Assembly: GCF_006345805.1 (NCBI RefSeq)
Contig: NC_043008.1
Span: 74,028,001-74,092,000, forward strand
Direction: 5' to 3'
Length of the DNA: 64,000 nucleotides
From: Octopus sinensis
Lineage: Eukaryota
The notes under the pieces are model-generated. The model was not told the DNA's origin and did no database searches. It saw nothing but the letters and a program-made list of their open reading frames with translations. The translations under genes were made by a program, and so were the position numbers. Of this stretch, positions 38,131 through 52,260 are shown in pieces; positions within the stretch are counted from its first letter, which is position 1; each line of letters begins with the position of its first letter.

Positions 38131-38550
38131 TTCCTTTATTGGTTGTAAGAGCGACAAGCTTTGAAATAAATTACAAAAGTAAAAAACGACGGTAAGCAAC
38201 AAAGAAATGGTGAAAAAGAAGTAAAAGTGTGAGCTGAATGAAACCGATGTCTGTTTATATCATGAACCCAATCAAAAGGATAAATGGTCCTTTCTCAGAT
38301 ATTGGCTCACAAGCCGGCTCCCCCGATTTTGTAGAGTACATCTCTTACACCATCTGCCGGGACATCGATTCGTCACACGATAACTCATTTATACATGCTG
38401 AGTGGGCTGGAGGAACGTGAAACGAAATGTGTTGCTAACGATCAAAGCGTATCGTCTAGTCCAAGGATCGAAACCACATTCTTGTGTTCATGCATGCAAT
38501 ATCCACACGCATCTCCTCATGACTCTAATCGTATCGCCATATATATCTAT

Positions 38551-38983
38551 AATCAAAATAAGCAACAAGGATGTCCAGAGTTAATGCAGTACGAACGTTT
38601 CATGCAACTCCATTTAATTGAACAATCCAATCATTACATCAATTTAAAATGAAGAGAAATCTTCAGCTGTACAAAGACGTAGAAGTTAATTGAATTAGAA
38701 CAGATGGACACATTAGTACAATTATACCTAAAATCTCTAAGAAGTTAAGGAGATAGGCAAAGAACATGCTGTAGGTACATGTCCTTTGTCTATCTCCTTA
38801 ACTTCTTAGAGATTATACTAATGTGTCCATTTATCCTAATTCAATTAACTTCTACGTTTTTGTACAGCTGAAGATTTCTCTACATTTTAAATTGATGTAA
38901 TGATTGGATTGTTCAATTAAATGGAGTTGCATGAAACGTTTGTACTGCATTAACTCTGGATATCCTTGTTGCTTATTTTGATT
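38551..38983. repeat. Long palindrome (about 215-bp arms, 9-nt loop at 38769-38777), probably head-to-head PLE pseudo-LTRs
   Basis: Arms are near-identical reverse complements. Each carries CAG-CTGAAGA...GAAA-CGTTYG-TA-CTG (38587-38669 minus, 38865-38947 plus). Confidence 0.85.
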
Positions 38984-39862
38984 TTAATCGCCTTATTTTG
39001 AAATTGCATGGATAATACCGTACTAAATGCTGGTGCCTGAACTGAGTCTAAATTTTTGCTGAACTCATCTACCATACCTAAATGTATATATATATATATA
39101 ACACCATGGTATTGCCCTCCAAGAAAATTCCCCTCCAAGGCAAAGTTGTTTTTTATGGAAGACCAGCAATCGCCATGCATTCCAGTCTCTCCTCTCCACG
39201 TCACTTGCGTTGTCCAAGGGAAATGCCGATACAATTTGGCATCAGTGACTTGTGTGTAAAACAATAATATGATTCTCTGATGGCACTTTTCATATGGAGA
39301 ATCGCGAACGGGGCGGGTCTGTTATTAAGTCTGATGCATCCACCTCTAAGTCCTTTTGAGAATAAAATGGGAATGTTGGCTACTAACACCGCGTAGTAGT
39401 GGTGATTATTGCATTAAGTAAATGTATGTAGGACTGATTTCGGTAAACATATTTCCCTCTTGACGGACTTGTATTGAAAATGTTTAAAATATTTACTTTT
39501 TTATATCTTCCCCAGTATTTTTATCGTCATTGTCGTTCTTATAAATATATACATACATGAGAGTATATATACACACACGCACACGCACACACACATACAC
39601 ACAAACACACACACAAGCGCATATATATATATGTATTCCTCATGAAGTCAGTAGTTATTCAATATATTATTATCATGGGCATATATATTTGTTGCGATGA
39701 ATAAAAATGTTACGCAAACACGAAATTGTTACATGAAATTCTAGACAGTTTCTAGTTTATATGACGTGACCTTTTCCCGCTGAGGATGCCAAGAGACAAT
39801 AGGAAACATTCGAAGGTATATATGGTATATGCGTATTTGTATATGTATGTGTGTGTGTGCGC

Positions 39863-40126
<264 letters not shown>

Positions 40127-40581
40127 TTATGTACGTATGTGATTGTGTGTGTGTGTATGTGTGTGTGTGTGTACGCGCGCGCGTGCCGCCTATCTGTCAT
40201 AAGTCTCCGTGATATCTGAACTAGCGAAGCAGCAAATATATTCTGCAGAAAATCCAACAATGTAACAATAGTTGTTTCACTGGATTTTTGAAAAGAATAA
40301 TGGTCTCGATGGCATCATAAAAATGTAAACAACACGTTATTAAATGACATGCAGAGATGTGGAGACTGGGAAAAAATAGAAAATGCTAGAAAATATAACA
40401 GAAAAGGATGCAAACGAAAGAGCGAGACGAGTGTAGATGTGTCAGTGAGAGAGTTGCAGATCGAGAGAGAGAATGAAATAGAGATGAAGAGAGAAAGGAG
40501 GAGGGGGAGAAAAGTGAGTGAGAGGAAAAAAAGAAAAATTGTGTGAGAAAATAAAGAAGTATATATATAATCATTTACATT

Positions 40582-40617
<36 letters not shown>

Positions 40618-40842
40618 GTGCGTCCATACACACGCTCATTTATATATTTATATGCACACAGACACACACCCTTATACACACACACCCCCTCGCAAGTACT
40701 CACACGCACACATCAACACATACAAGTTTATAGACCTATATGTAAATACATATATAGTAGAACATATATTTGTGTGTATCTATATATATATATGTTAATA
40801 ATATATAATCATTTACATTGTATATGTCTATATGACTATATA

Positions 40843-40883
<41 letters not shown>

Positions 40884-41501
40884 TAAATGTACGTCCATAC
40901 GCATACGCTCATTTATATGTACACACAAGTCTATCTATTTTGCTATCAATCTACCTCCTTTTCTCTCAACTTCTCTCTCTCTCTCTCTCCCTCTCTGCAT
41001 TTCTAGCCTAGTCTACACAGTCTTAATATGTGTGTGTGTGTGTGTGTCGATATGTAGATATGTGAATATGGAATTCAGTGTAACCTGTTGCACCTCCACC
41101 AGGCTACCCTGGTGAGGAGTGTTGCTACAAACTCAGCTTGATTAAAAACAAGACCTGTTGAAAGGTTGGATGAACCTAGTGCAGGCTCAGTGGCTATCTA
41201 GCAATAGCATGGGTACGTAGATATTCCGGGTGTCCGGCGTGCTGAATGACCCCTAGGAGTGAGACACCCGTCAGCTTCATTTGAAGCATGTCTCTAGGAG
41301 AAGGTCACTCTGATATAAACCCAGACATGCAAGGAATGGCATTGGACATTTTGGGGATCTTTGGTTTGTGCTAGAGATTATCACGCTCCCACATCCCTGA
41401 GCCTGCAACTCATATTGGCACCAGTCATCTTGCTCTGGCCTATCTCTCCATAAAGTCAATAGAGTGGGGAACGTCTATGACGTGTCGTGCAAGCTTTATT
41501 A

Positions 41502-42771
41502 CGAGGGGCGTTCAATAAGTAATGCCCCTGACCCACTTGCAGTTGTTTGATCTAGCTGAAATTTTGCATGTGCAATTATCTATATCTCTATAGATGAAGT
41601 GGCGAATTACAGCTCTGAACTAATTGTGGTTTCTGATTTACAGGTGTTTGAACTGAGTCAAGTGTGAAATGGAGCCGGTTGAGTGTCGAGCAGTGATCTG
41701 GTTTTTGTATTTGAAAGGACGCACACCACGGGAGACTTTTGATGAAATGAAAGTAACTTATAGTGATGATGCCCCATCATATGACCTTGTAAAACGCTGG
41801 CATTGTGAATTCAAACATAGTCGGAACTCTGTGGAAACAGCTCCCAGATCTGGTCGCCCCCTTCTGCCGTTGATGAGACGTCTGTCCGTCAAGTTGAGGC
41901 TGCCATTTTGGAAGGTCAACGCATAACTATTCGCCAAATAGCCCATAAGGTCAAGATTAGTACCGGGTCTGTGGAAACTATCATTCATGACTATTTGCAT
42001 ATGCAAAAGGTGTCTGCCAGATGGATTTCCAGGTTGCTCACACCTTTCCAGAAGCAAGAACGCGTTGAGTGCTCGAGGATGAATTTGGAGATGTGCCAAG
42101 AAGATGAGTCAAAATTTTTCAAAAGACTGATCACACAGGATAAAACCTGGGTCCATCACTATGAACCATAGACCAAAGCCCAGTCAATGCAGTGAAAGTA
42201 CCGTGACTCACCTCCTCCAAAGAAAGCAAGGGTGCAGCCCTCCGCTGACAAGGTTATGCTCACAGTCTTCTAGGACCAGGACGGAGTAGTGATGACAGAT
42301 TTCCTGGCAAAGGGTACCACAATTACAGGAGCCTATTATGCTTCACTTTTGAGGAAATTAGGAGAAACTATCAAAATCAAGAGGCGGGGCAAGATCAGCA
42401 AAAGCATCCTCCTCCTGCAAGACAACGCTCCGGTCCACAACTCGCGTGTCGCCAGATCAGAAGCACAGGCGTACAGCTAAGAATTCCTCCCCTTGCACCC
42501 TCTGATTTTCACCTCTTCCCAGCCATGAAGTTGATTTTGAAAGGAAAGCGTTTCCCAGATGATCCAGCCTTGATTTCTGAAGTCACGTCGTGGTTGGAGG
42601 ACCAAGCTGGGGTCTTCTACAAAAACAGTCTCCAGAGCTGTATCAAACGATGGGAGAAATGCATAACTCTGTGTAGTTCCTATGTAGGAGAAGACTAATA
42701 ACTGTGCCAAGTGTCGTTGCTCTACTGCTATGGGAAGTGGGTGAGGGGCATTACTTATTGAACGCCCCTCG
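41502..42771 (+). mobile_element. Full-length mariner transposon (irritans-like), 1270 bp
   Basis: Perfect 28-bp TIRs cgaggggcgttcaataagtaatgcccct (41502-41529, 42744-42771), with TA on both sides. Confidence 0.95.
41669..42698 (+). pseudogene. mariner transposase with stops, frameshift and small deletion
   Basis: MEPVECRAVI, RSGRP, KVSARWISRLLT, LITQDKTWVHHYEP, KVMLTVF, QDNAPVH, LAPSDFHLF. Confidence 0.92.
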
Positions 42772-42944
42772 TAGACCTAAAACTCAGCACAGGCATTGTT
42801 GACATCTACTCGATATGTATTGCTCGTTTTTTTTTTATTTCCAATAACCTAGAGCGCCAATGTTGCTGAAGGTCGGCAATGCTCTTCCTTGGTCGCGAGT
42901 GGGCGGCCATCACATATTTATATATGTATATATATGTATGTATA

Positions 42945-43025
<81 letters not shown>

Positions 43026-43206
43026 GTATGTGTATTTTTTTCGATGGGTACAAATAACACGGAAAAAAACAACAAATAAGGAGTTATTATCAGGGTAGCA
43101 AAAATCCACATAAGTTACAAGGATGTAACACCCTACTTGTAAAGGTAGAATTTCCAGGGTTTAGTGAAATGTTAACTCAATTTATATATATATATATATA
43201 TATATA

Positions 43207-43242
<36 letters not shown>

Positions 43243-43675
43243 TTATTATGAAAATGTGCTGCTATGAATGATGATGGTTTTGCATCAATTTCGGCTTTGA
43301 TCGTGTTCTCGCTCAATCAAATATTTAAACTACGAATGAAATACGAAGTTTTCTACAAACTCTTTGCTTCGAATGTAATTTTCATACCTCACATATAGTA
43401 TGAAAGGCGTTGAATATTTGAAAAACTAGTAGAATGTCTCCAGCGTGATTCGCCACAATGTTCATCAGCAGAATTTTAATTCGTAATGCTTTGAACAGTT
43501 CAAGGTTGTAGTAAAAGATAAAAGGAAGCACCTGCTCTGGATGGCACGGAGTAGGATTGAACTTCATGCATTTTGAAAATGGGACGATCCTCTAAATCAT
43601 TCGGTCATGTCTATTTGCTTATGTATACATACTGTTTTTCTCAGTCTCTGTGTCTGCTTGCCTATCTTTCTATCC

Positions 43676-43771
<96 letters not shown>

Positions 43772-44641
43772 GCATATATATATATGCAATATATATATAC
43801 ACACACACATATATATACAAATATGTACACGCACACTAACACACATGTACCCGAAGTGGATTTATACATTCATACAGAAATGGTCAGTTTTATGCAGTTA
43901 TATACACAAAACTATGTATACGTATGTGCGAATGAATTATGTGTGTGTATACACACGTGTGTGCGTATGTGTGTACGTCTGTGTGTGAACCTGTTTGGAT
44001 ATACACATTTCTGCATACAAACCACGCAATCATAAACACAATCCATTTTGTAAGATATGCTTAAACGCATGATGAGAAAAACAGGATATGAGATAATGGC
44101 CTGAATTCTACATGTGATAAATTCTCAAAGCCTTCAGAAAAGAATTCCTTGAAGACAATCAACAAATATTATTTTGGTCGCATCTGTTCAATAAACTATA
44201 ACATTCTACATGTTTTCACCTTCTGTAAACGACATTTTGTTGCGTGTGGTGGGTTGGAGATGACGGAAGGAAATGCATAAACTCTATTTCCTTTCATATG
44301 AAATGCAATGCTTTAGATATTTATAAAAAGAAAAAAAAAGAGAAGAAAAATCAGATAAGAATGAAACATATTCCAAATTATATAAACATATTTCAATCGT
44401 TAAATGTACGACGTCGGGTAAACACACTTGTATTGTCTTCATAGATATGCATATACTTACATAGATGTGAGTGCGTGCGTGCGAATGGCTGTTTTTAGAG
44501 AGAGAGAGAGAGAGAGGAGGGGAGAAAGAGTGAAAGAGAGAGAGAGAGGGAGGAAGAGTGGAATGGAATGTCATGCTATCGCATACCTTTATATGAACGT
44601 GTTTGTACGTGTGCATATAAATCATTTATATTATGGGCAGG

Positions 44642-44725
<84 letters not shown>

Positions 44726-44868
44726 CAGACAGAAAGAGAGAGAGACAGAGACAGACAGAAAGACAGAGATTAATAGACAGAAATATAGATTTGCATCCAT
44801 AAATGCATGCGTTAGCATGGACACGCACCTGCATACATATGGGTATGTATATGTATGAATATATGCAT

Positions 44869-44901
<33 letters not shown>

Positions 44902-45436
44902 CCCGCGTGTGTGTGCGCTCGCGTGTGTTTGTGTGTGTGTATTGCTGTACATGTGCATATACTGTGTGCATAAACTGTGTGAGCGTAGGAATTACATCAT
45001 ACTCTATACAGTTGTAGAGCTAAATATATGGATATAGTTGTTGTATGGCTGGAAACGAGCGGTAATCATGTTATATGAATCAAATATAGACCTTGTTATC
45101 AATGGACAATATACATATTGTCCGTTTCTAAATTCAAACTGGAATCATATGGCTTATATCCATCAGGTAACTCTTGATTCAGGGGAGGCATTTCCTTAAG
45201 TAATGTACATCTATGCGTGGGATTTTTCTTCTGTTTGTAATTATACTAACTACCTAGAAGGAATTGCTTAAGGGTGTAAGTTGACTGATGAATCAAGGGA
45301 AAAAATATTTGGGGGCAGAGTCAATTGACAACAAAGGTGCGAATAGCATGATCTACATACTCAGAGTTTAAAAATAGAAGCAGTGTGGAATAACGAGTCG
45401 CCGTCGTCGTCGTCATCATCGTCGTCGTCGTCGTCG

Positions 45437-45471
<35 letters not shown>

Positions 45472-45599
45472 TCGAGTTTCTTGCTCGGACCAGTAAGGTC
45501 ATATTGGTCTTCCGATAGCTGAATGTCACGTATACACACATCTCGACAACAAATGAAAGCATTTGTTCGCTAAGTGAACTGATAGTTGCTGACCGTTGT

Positions 45600-45871
45600 C
45601 AGTTTAACAGTTTTATAATCACTTTTTAAATATGGGACCCCTTTGATTACTATTTTATTGCCGTTCGATATTTAATTCTAGTTTTATAAAAGAGTCTTTC
45701 AAAATTCCTATTTTATTTTCCACACATTAAATTGTGTAGGTTCAAACTTATGTAAAATGTAAGAGAAATAACCCTATTGTGGATATACTCTTTGCTATAT
45801 TTTTTGTGTGGGCCGCCAAAAATCTTATATAAACCCTCAGAGGCCATATGGACACTGCTTGAGAACTACTG
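45600..45871. mobile_element. Degenerate hAT-like MITE
   Basis: Right end TTGAGAACTACTG and internal ggacccc-type subterminal motifs; the left end is eroded. Recognised from memory. Confidence 0.5.
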
Positions 45872-46230
45872 GCTTAACTGTTCCATCCCTCAGCACTTAT
45901 TGATGTTCAGCAATGATTTAATAAGCCCATTTGATGAAATACTTTACATCCAGCATGTTCATTCTTATGATTTCAACGTAATTCTGTCGCGGATTCTTGC
46001 AGGATGTTAGTCCATGCTAAGGAGCAACAAGTGAGTTCATTCCCATAGTCATAGCTGAACTCTAATCACATGTTAATTAACACATAGCTTGGACCCAGGT
46101 CGGAACAAGCCTAGGAAGCTGAAAGGCGCTTCTACTCTCCTAAAAATCCAGGAACTCCTGAAATAGACGCAATTTAAAGTCAAACAATTAAAACTAGGAA
46201 ATGCAATGGTGTTTTGACTTTATTCCGTAA

Positions 46231-46572
46231 AACGTTCTTTTCATAAGTGTATGTGTTTGTGTGCCTGTGTTAGTCTCCCCAACATCGCTTGACAACCGAT
46301 GCTGGTGTGTTTACGTCCCAGTATTTACTCCCTTTTACTTGTTTTAGTTATTTGACTGCGGCCATACTGGAGCATCGCCTTTAGTCGAGCAAATCGACCC
46401 CCCCCCCAGAACTTATTCTTTATTAGCTTAGTACTTAATCTATTGGTCTATTAGTACTTAATCTATTGGTCTATTAAGTTACGGGGATATTAACACACCA
46501 GCATCGGTTGTCAAGCGATGTTGGGGGGACGAACACAGGCACACAAACATATACACTTATGAGAAGAACGTT
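46231..46572. repeat. SINE fragment with fold-back inverted duplication
   Basis: Arms 46231-46319 and 46483-46572 are reverse complements that include non-SINE flank. The loop is the SINE 3' half on the minus strand, with an internal 23-bp tandem duplication. Confidence 0.85.
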
Positions 46573-46811
46573 ATATATATATGTATGTACATGGAATATG
46601 AACTATTTTTTCGAATAACGAAAGGCACATGGAAAACAAGACAAAAAACACAGAGAACTTCGCTACACATTTAACGTCGTACTTTGTGTTGTGTGTCTTG
46701 TTTTCCATTTGTGTCTTTCGTTGTTCCAATAAATAGTTCATATCCCATATACTTGTACTTCGTATTTTTTGTTGCACTCGTTTCGTGACGTCCTGTGCCC
46801 ACATATGCATA

Positions 46812-46852
<41 letters not shown>

Positions 46853-46863
46853 GTCTATCTATC

Positions 46864-46960
<97 letters not shown>

Positions 46961-46962
46961 CC

Positions 46963-47029
<67 letters not shown>

Positions 47030-48224
47030 AATATTCTTATGTGCGTATGAATATGTGTCAGACATGCGTATGATTGTGGTGGCTGTACGTATTTAAGAAT
47101 TTGAGAACGTTTGCATGTTTATGTATGTATGCGATTGTATGTTTATGTTTGTGTGTGCGTGTGTGTGCGTGTGTGTTGTTCCTTAAGCTTACAGTATATA
47201 TGCCTGATACCTTCATATTGAAATGTGGGAGACTTGGCGTCGAATGGAGAAAGTGACTTGTTTTGTAATTTTTCAATCATAGATTTGCGACAGGGATAAG
47301 TATTTGGTCATTCGGAACTAATGATATAATACGTCAGCGGGATAGATACAGAGATATATGTAGCTATCTCTGGGATGTTGCCAGTTGCAAGTGCCAAACG
47401 AAAGATGAAGCTTTTCTCTTCAAAATACTATTGTTTCATCAAATTACTTTCCACTGTTTCGGCTGACAGTGAAGAAAGTTCAAGTGCAAATAAGAAAATG
47501 TCTTTAAATTGGCGAACAGGCCGAAGATATAGATAAACAACCTGTCAGTAATCATCCATATGGTATGATGATCTGTCAAGAGGTTGTATAGCTTGATGGC
47601 TAGTCAAGATTAACTTACCATGATGCTATGTTGAATAGTAACGAAAACTTTGGTGATAACCAGTGAAGCGCGTCACGTGAGAGGTTTGACGAATTGAGAC
47701 ACTCTCCCTTCTACTCTCACTACATCTCTCTCTTCATCTCTCTCCTCCCCCTCTCTCTCTCTCTCTTTCCTTGTTCGGTTTAGGTTCTTACCGCTTTCAC
47801 TTGTCTCCATTTACTATCGCATTTAACAACATCCTTCGCTTTATCGTCATTATCGTCATTGCGATAATGCGATCAGCCAAAGATTCTGCCATGATAAACA
47901 TATACAACCATTGACAACGAGAGAGCTTCTAATGAGTCATTTGACCAGATAGAAATAACAACTAAATTTCCTAAAATCCCACCCTAGTGTCTTCATGATA
48001 AAGGGCACGTTAGCTAATGTTGTAGTGGGTTCTATGCACATAGGAATAAGGCCGGATAGTCCCGATCAGAATGTTTGTGATTGGAGATCTCAATACGAAT
48101 TGACCTAAGACCAAACAACTACCACAACCACTAGAAATAGCAACCAAGTCATTTTCTTATCAATTTTGCACAGTAGTGTAAGAAAGGATACATCTAATAC
48201 ATCTTTTATGCTTTTACAAGTTTC

Positions 48225-48585
48225 AATCATTACACTGCGTCTAGGCTGAGACGTCACCTTAAAGAATTTTTTATTGAGCTAATTGATCCCCAAACCTATT
48301 TTTTGTTAAGTCAGGTACTTATTATATCGGTTTCTCTTGGCGAACTGCTAGATTATGGTGACGTAAGTACAGCAACAGCGGTTGACAAGCTGTGGCGGAG
48401 GAGCACTCTCAAAGACATACACACACACAAACAGACACATATATACAAAAAATGTTCTTTCTGTTTCTGTCTACCAAATCCACTCACAAGTCTTTGGTCG
48501 GCCCGCTGCTATAGTAGGACTGAACCTGGAACCATGTGGTTGGAAATCAAGACTCTTACCATACAGCCATGCCTGCACCTAGTAT
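48225..48585 (-). mobile_element. SINE family 2, diverged, internal deletion
   Basis: ctaccaaatccactcacaag...ggaaccatgtggttgg...cttaccatacagcc. Confidence 0.75.
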
Positions 48586-49079
48586 TTATGTTACCTCTTC
48601 AATCGCCAGAACCATTACTTAATACTCACCACCAACATTATCTTTATCACCCACCACCAGACAACTAGACTATTGGTAAAATCATGTTGAAATCAGCATT
48701 AACTTTAAGCCCTCAAGGACTGATAAAATGCAAGTTATTTACGGAAATCTACAGAATCGAATATTCCTTTCATCAAAAGTTTTGACCTCGTCCTATTACA
48801 TGAACAAATTTAGTAGACAGAATCGTTAAGCACACCGGAGAAGATGCTCATCAGCAATTCTTGTAGCTCTTTGCGTTCGGAGTACAAACACCCCGAGGTC
48901 TTCTCTGCTTTCATCTTTTCAGGCACGAGGAAATATTACCACCTGAGCTCTGGTGTCGGTGTAATCAACTCGCCCACTTCCCCCAAAACCGCCGGCCCCT
49001 TTCCATGTAGTAAAACGGATTATGATTTAATAGTATATAGAAATGTGAGGTTTGGAATCAGTGTTCTAGATTCCGTGTC

Positions 49080-50050
49080 ACAATAAGTTTCCTTAGTCAT
49101 CGAGGAACTTTCGAAAACTTCTTGATCTTCGTAGTAGGATAGATTTCTATATTAATGCAATTCTCGTATTTACTTCGATCTCGATGAGTAAAGTACGAAG
49201 TCTGGTGGTAAGAGTATTTAGGTCGCTCTATTTACTCAGAATACTTTTACAGAAACATTCCACAATCTTGTCGTTTCTTTTGTTAATTCTTGACATTTTC
49301 TTCTACTGTAACCTCTACACTCATATCAGCGAACACAACCACATCTGTGATGAAGTACTCTCTTGATAGCTTGTCCAGAATCATAATACTTAATCTACTT
49401 ACTCGAATCTTATGTTCAGTCTGTAAAGTCAATTTCCATAAGATCATAACCTGATCCTTCTCTGTCATGGTTTCCGGTTGGTGTTAGTATTATTTTTCGT
49501 TCAAAACCCCTTTGACATAAAAACCCCAATGTAATACTTGGGCGACACTATCGTGTCCTCCTTTATATTCTTTCCGTGCAAAAGGACTAAAAGTTCCTAT
49601 TATATGCAACGCTCATTTTTCCCGTTATACATTCTGCACTTAACATTTTCCACGGTTTTGACTACTTTTGTCTTAGTGACTTTTGTTCGTAATAATTGGC
49701 TTTGAACAGCCATAATGAATTCTCCCGTTTCTTTCTTGGATTCCCCATTCTTCATCCATAAGCAATATTCGTCTGCTACAATAGCCTGCGCATGTTTGAG
49801 ATGCTGACACTATAGCTCTTTCACCAAATATTTCTTTCTCGCTTTTGTTTCTTTTTACTTGTGTATACTTATGTAAACTTTACAGATTCTTCTTCGGTCT
49901 TCTGGAAAACAACAGATTATAGAATTACAGACTTCTCTCGTGCGTTTACTGCAGAGATGCTTTTACCTCATTCAGTTTTGCACTTAACATGTAGAACTTT
50001 TCTTTTTACTTCCCTGAACCTTTCATTCATTTGAAGAAAGTACGAATGCT
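49080..50050 (-). mobile_element. R4/Dong-clade LINE 3' half, degenerate
   Basis: LWMKNGESKKETGEFIMAVQ, ILWKLTLQTEHKIRVSRLSIMILDK, and a KSILL..R..RK terminus; same clade as 11450-12835. Confidence 0.65.
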
Positions 50051-51199
50051 GTTAAAAACACATGAATGATATTGTTTGCCCATGGGGTATGTCACTCACC
50101 GAAGAGGAAATGTACTACAGCAGAAACGAAATGTATAACTTATAAGTTCATTAATCTCAAAGAAGTTACGATGCATATCCTCAGTCGTCAACTAAAAGTG
50201 TCTGAAAGAAATGTAGTCTTCCATAGTATACATAAACTGAGTTAAAACAGCTTAAGACTGTGGTAGTTATGAGCAACAATGACCATAATGTGCGTAGGTG
50301 GGATAACAATGTGCATCGCCTAGCAGTTGGCTATAATATCCATATATATGGGATATTACGTGACGAAAGTTAGAGTTACAAATGTTCGCAATCATAGGGA
50401 CAAGACCAGAGTAAAGACCATGCAAGAAGAGCATGGGAAGATAAGGAGTATGAAGTCCAGCTCACAACACAATTGAACGGAAATGTCAATGGAGTTCCTG
50501 GATTTGATTTCCGCATAAGACGTGAATGGCATTCCATTTTGAAGATTGCGAAGTAGAAACTTCAGCTGTTATGCTTGTGGCAAAACAGATCACTCGATAG
50601 CTTTCGTCTCCACTGTGGAGCCATTACAACAACTACAGTATCCACAAAATATTTCACCACTTAATGAAGGGCGCGAGAGCAAGTCACTCAGTTACCTTTT
50701 CCACAACCATCATCATCACCACTACCACTACCACCGCCGTCATCACCACCATCGCAAATTCTATATTGTCTGCTGTTGTTATCAACATCAGACAATATAG
50801 AACTAATCAAATGCAAATACGGCTGGGTCCTTTCATTTAGAATTAACCTCAGATGACAGAATAACACATGAGTCAGTGAATTTTGAGCATTCTCAAACAA
50901 GTAAAAAAAACAATGAACAGGCTGGTGAATTTACTGACTTGACACCCCAATCTCAAAGATTTGTGTGCACCAAGCTCAGTAAGTCAGAAACGAGTGGATA
51001 CTTCAATCTCTTAATGAAAATGATAATTACGATTACAACAAGGTACAAATCAACAACAGCAAAATTAAGATCAGTAACCGAAAAGACATCTTCAGCAACA
51101 GCGAGAGATATTAAAACAGCTGTATAGACGAAAAATTAACCAATACAATAACTGCACCAGCCGGAAGTGACGGGATATACACAACATCAACGCACAAAC

Positions 51200-52260
51200 G
51201 TGCCTCTCACCTCCACAATTCTCCGGTCAGAGAACATGCAGTTCATGAAGTTTTTAGATTCCAGGAAACACAACAGCGGTGGCTGTTGATGCTCTCACCA
51301 TTTCCCAAACGCTACACAGAAGGATTCTGGTAAGAATTACTCCAAAAATGCATCATGTTTTGAAGAAGCGTTTACTATAAGATCATAGAACGCCCGTACA
51401 AAGCCCCCCTCTCTAATTACGGTCGAACCAAGGAAGCGGCGTATAAGTAAGGCCACCTGCTAAACTATTTCAGGTCACTCCGTCTGGATCCATTAGTGAG
51501 ACTAAGACATCCATAATGCTCTCTTTCTGAATGCTTACTTTGATCGGCTTGGATCAAGGGTTCGACGTAAAGGTGAGAACAGTTTTCCTAGAATCGGTCT
51601 GTAGGTTAGTTGTCTTGGACGTATGCGGCAATTGAGGAGACGGAGAAGCTTCAGAATAGTGGCCACTAGAATAGGATCTTGGACGCAAGCAAAGATTAAG
51701 TGGAAGTAGCTGATTGGAGAGTGAGGTACAAAAAGTTCGCAAGCCTTCTCAGTCATTTTAATGTCTGACAGGCTTTACCTTGATTTTCCCTTATATGCCA
51801 ATGTCGATTTGGTCAGATCGTAATAAGTTAAATCATCTAGGTCATATTTAAATAGGGTTTTATCAGGTTACCAGATAGGCGCAAAAACGAATCCATGTAT
51901 GAAGATAGAAGCACCGCCTTCAGAATAGAAGGGAAACAGATTTTTCACTGCTTAGTGGTTGTGGTGAAGGATGTCTTGTGGTAGATAGAGCTGAAAGGTT
52001 TGAAGATAAGCATTCTCATTACTGGCCCAAGCTCCCACCAATTTCTTCAAGTGATACTTCAAGAGGAAGGTGAGGGTAGAGAGAACGATCAGGGTAGAGA
52101 CGAATACTGTGATTTGAAGAGCGTTTATCGAAAAGTGGGTGAAAATGTCAAGAATGGCGAGGCTAGAGAGGTTTATCCTGAGTATGGTTTCCTAAATAGA
52201 AGGAAAATAATTGGACAACGGCACTTTCCATACCTTTGAGACAGATGAGTAATCCGATCC
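51200..52260 (-). mobile_element. Very degenerate coding-like relic, possibly L1/Tx1 ORF2 C-terminus
   Basis: Higher GC than the flanks, with fragmentary Cys/His (GES.N.H..C-like) motif; no clean domain. Confidence 0.25.

Noticed and set aside
37707-38202. Poly-Q/K/L/F/R ORFs suggesting a low-complexity protein
   Set aside because: Open in several frames on both strands purely because of trinucleotide repeats; no splice or codon evidence.
43375-43480. Possible minus-strand exon (ALRIKILLMNIVANHAGDILLVFQIFNAFHTICE)
   Set aside because: Acceptor lacks a clear polypyrimidine tract; no recognisable homology.
48800-48865. CTGATGA-GCA...TGC on the minus strand
   Set aside because: GAAA is replaced by TTAA and there is no stem I.
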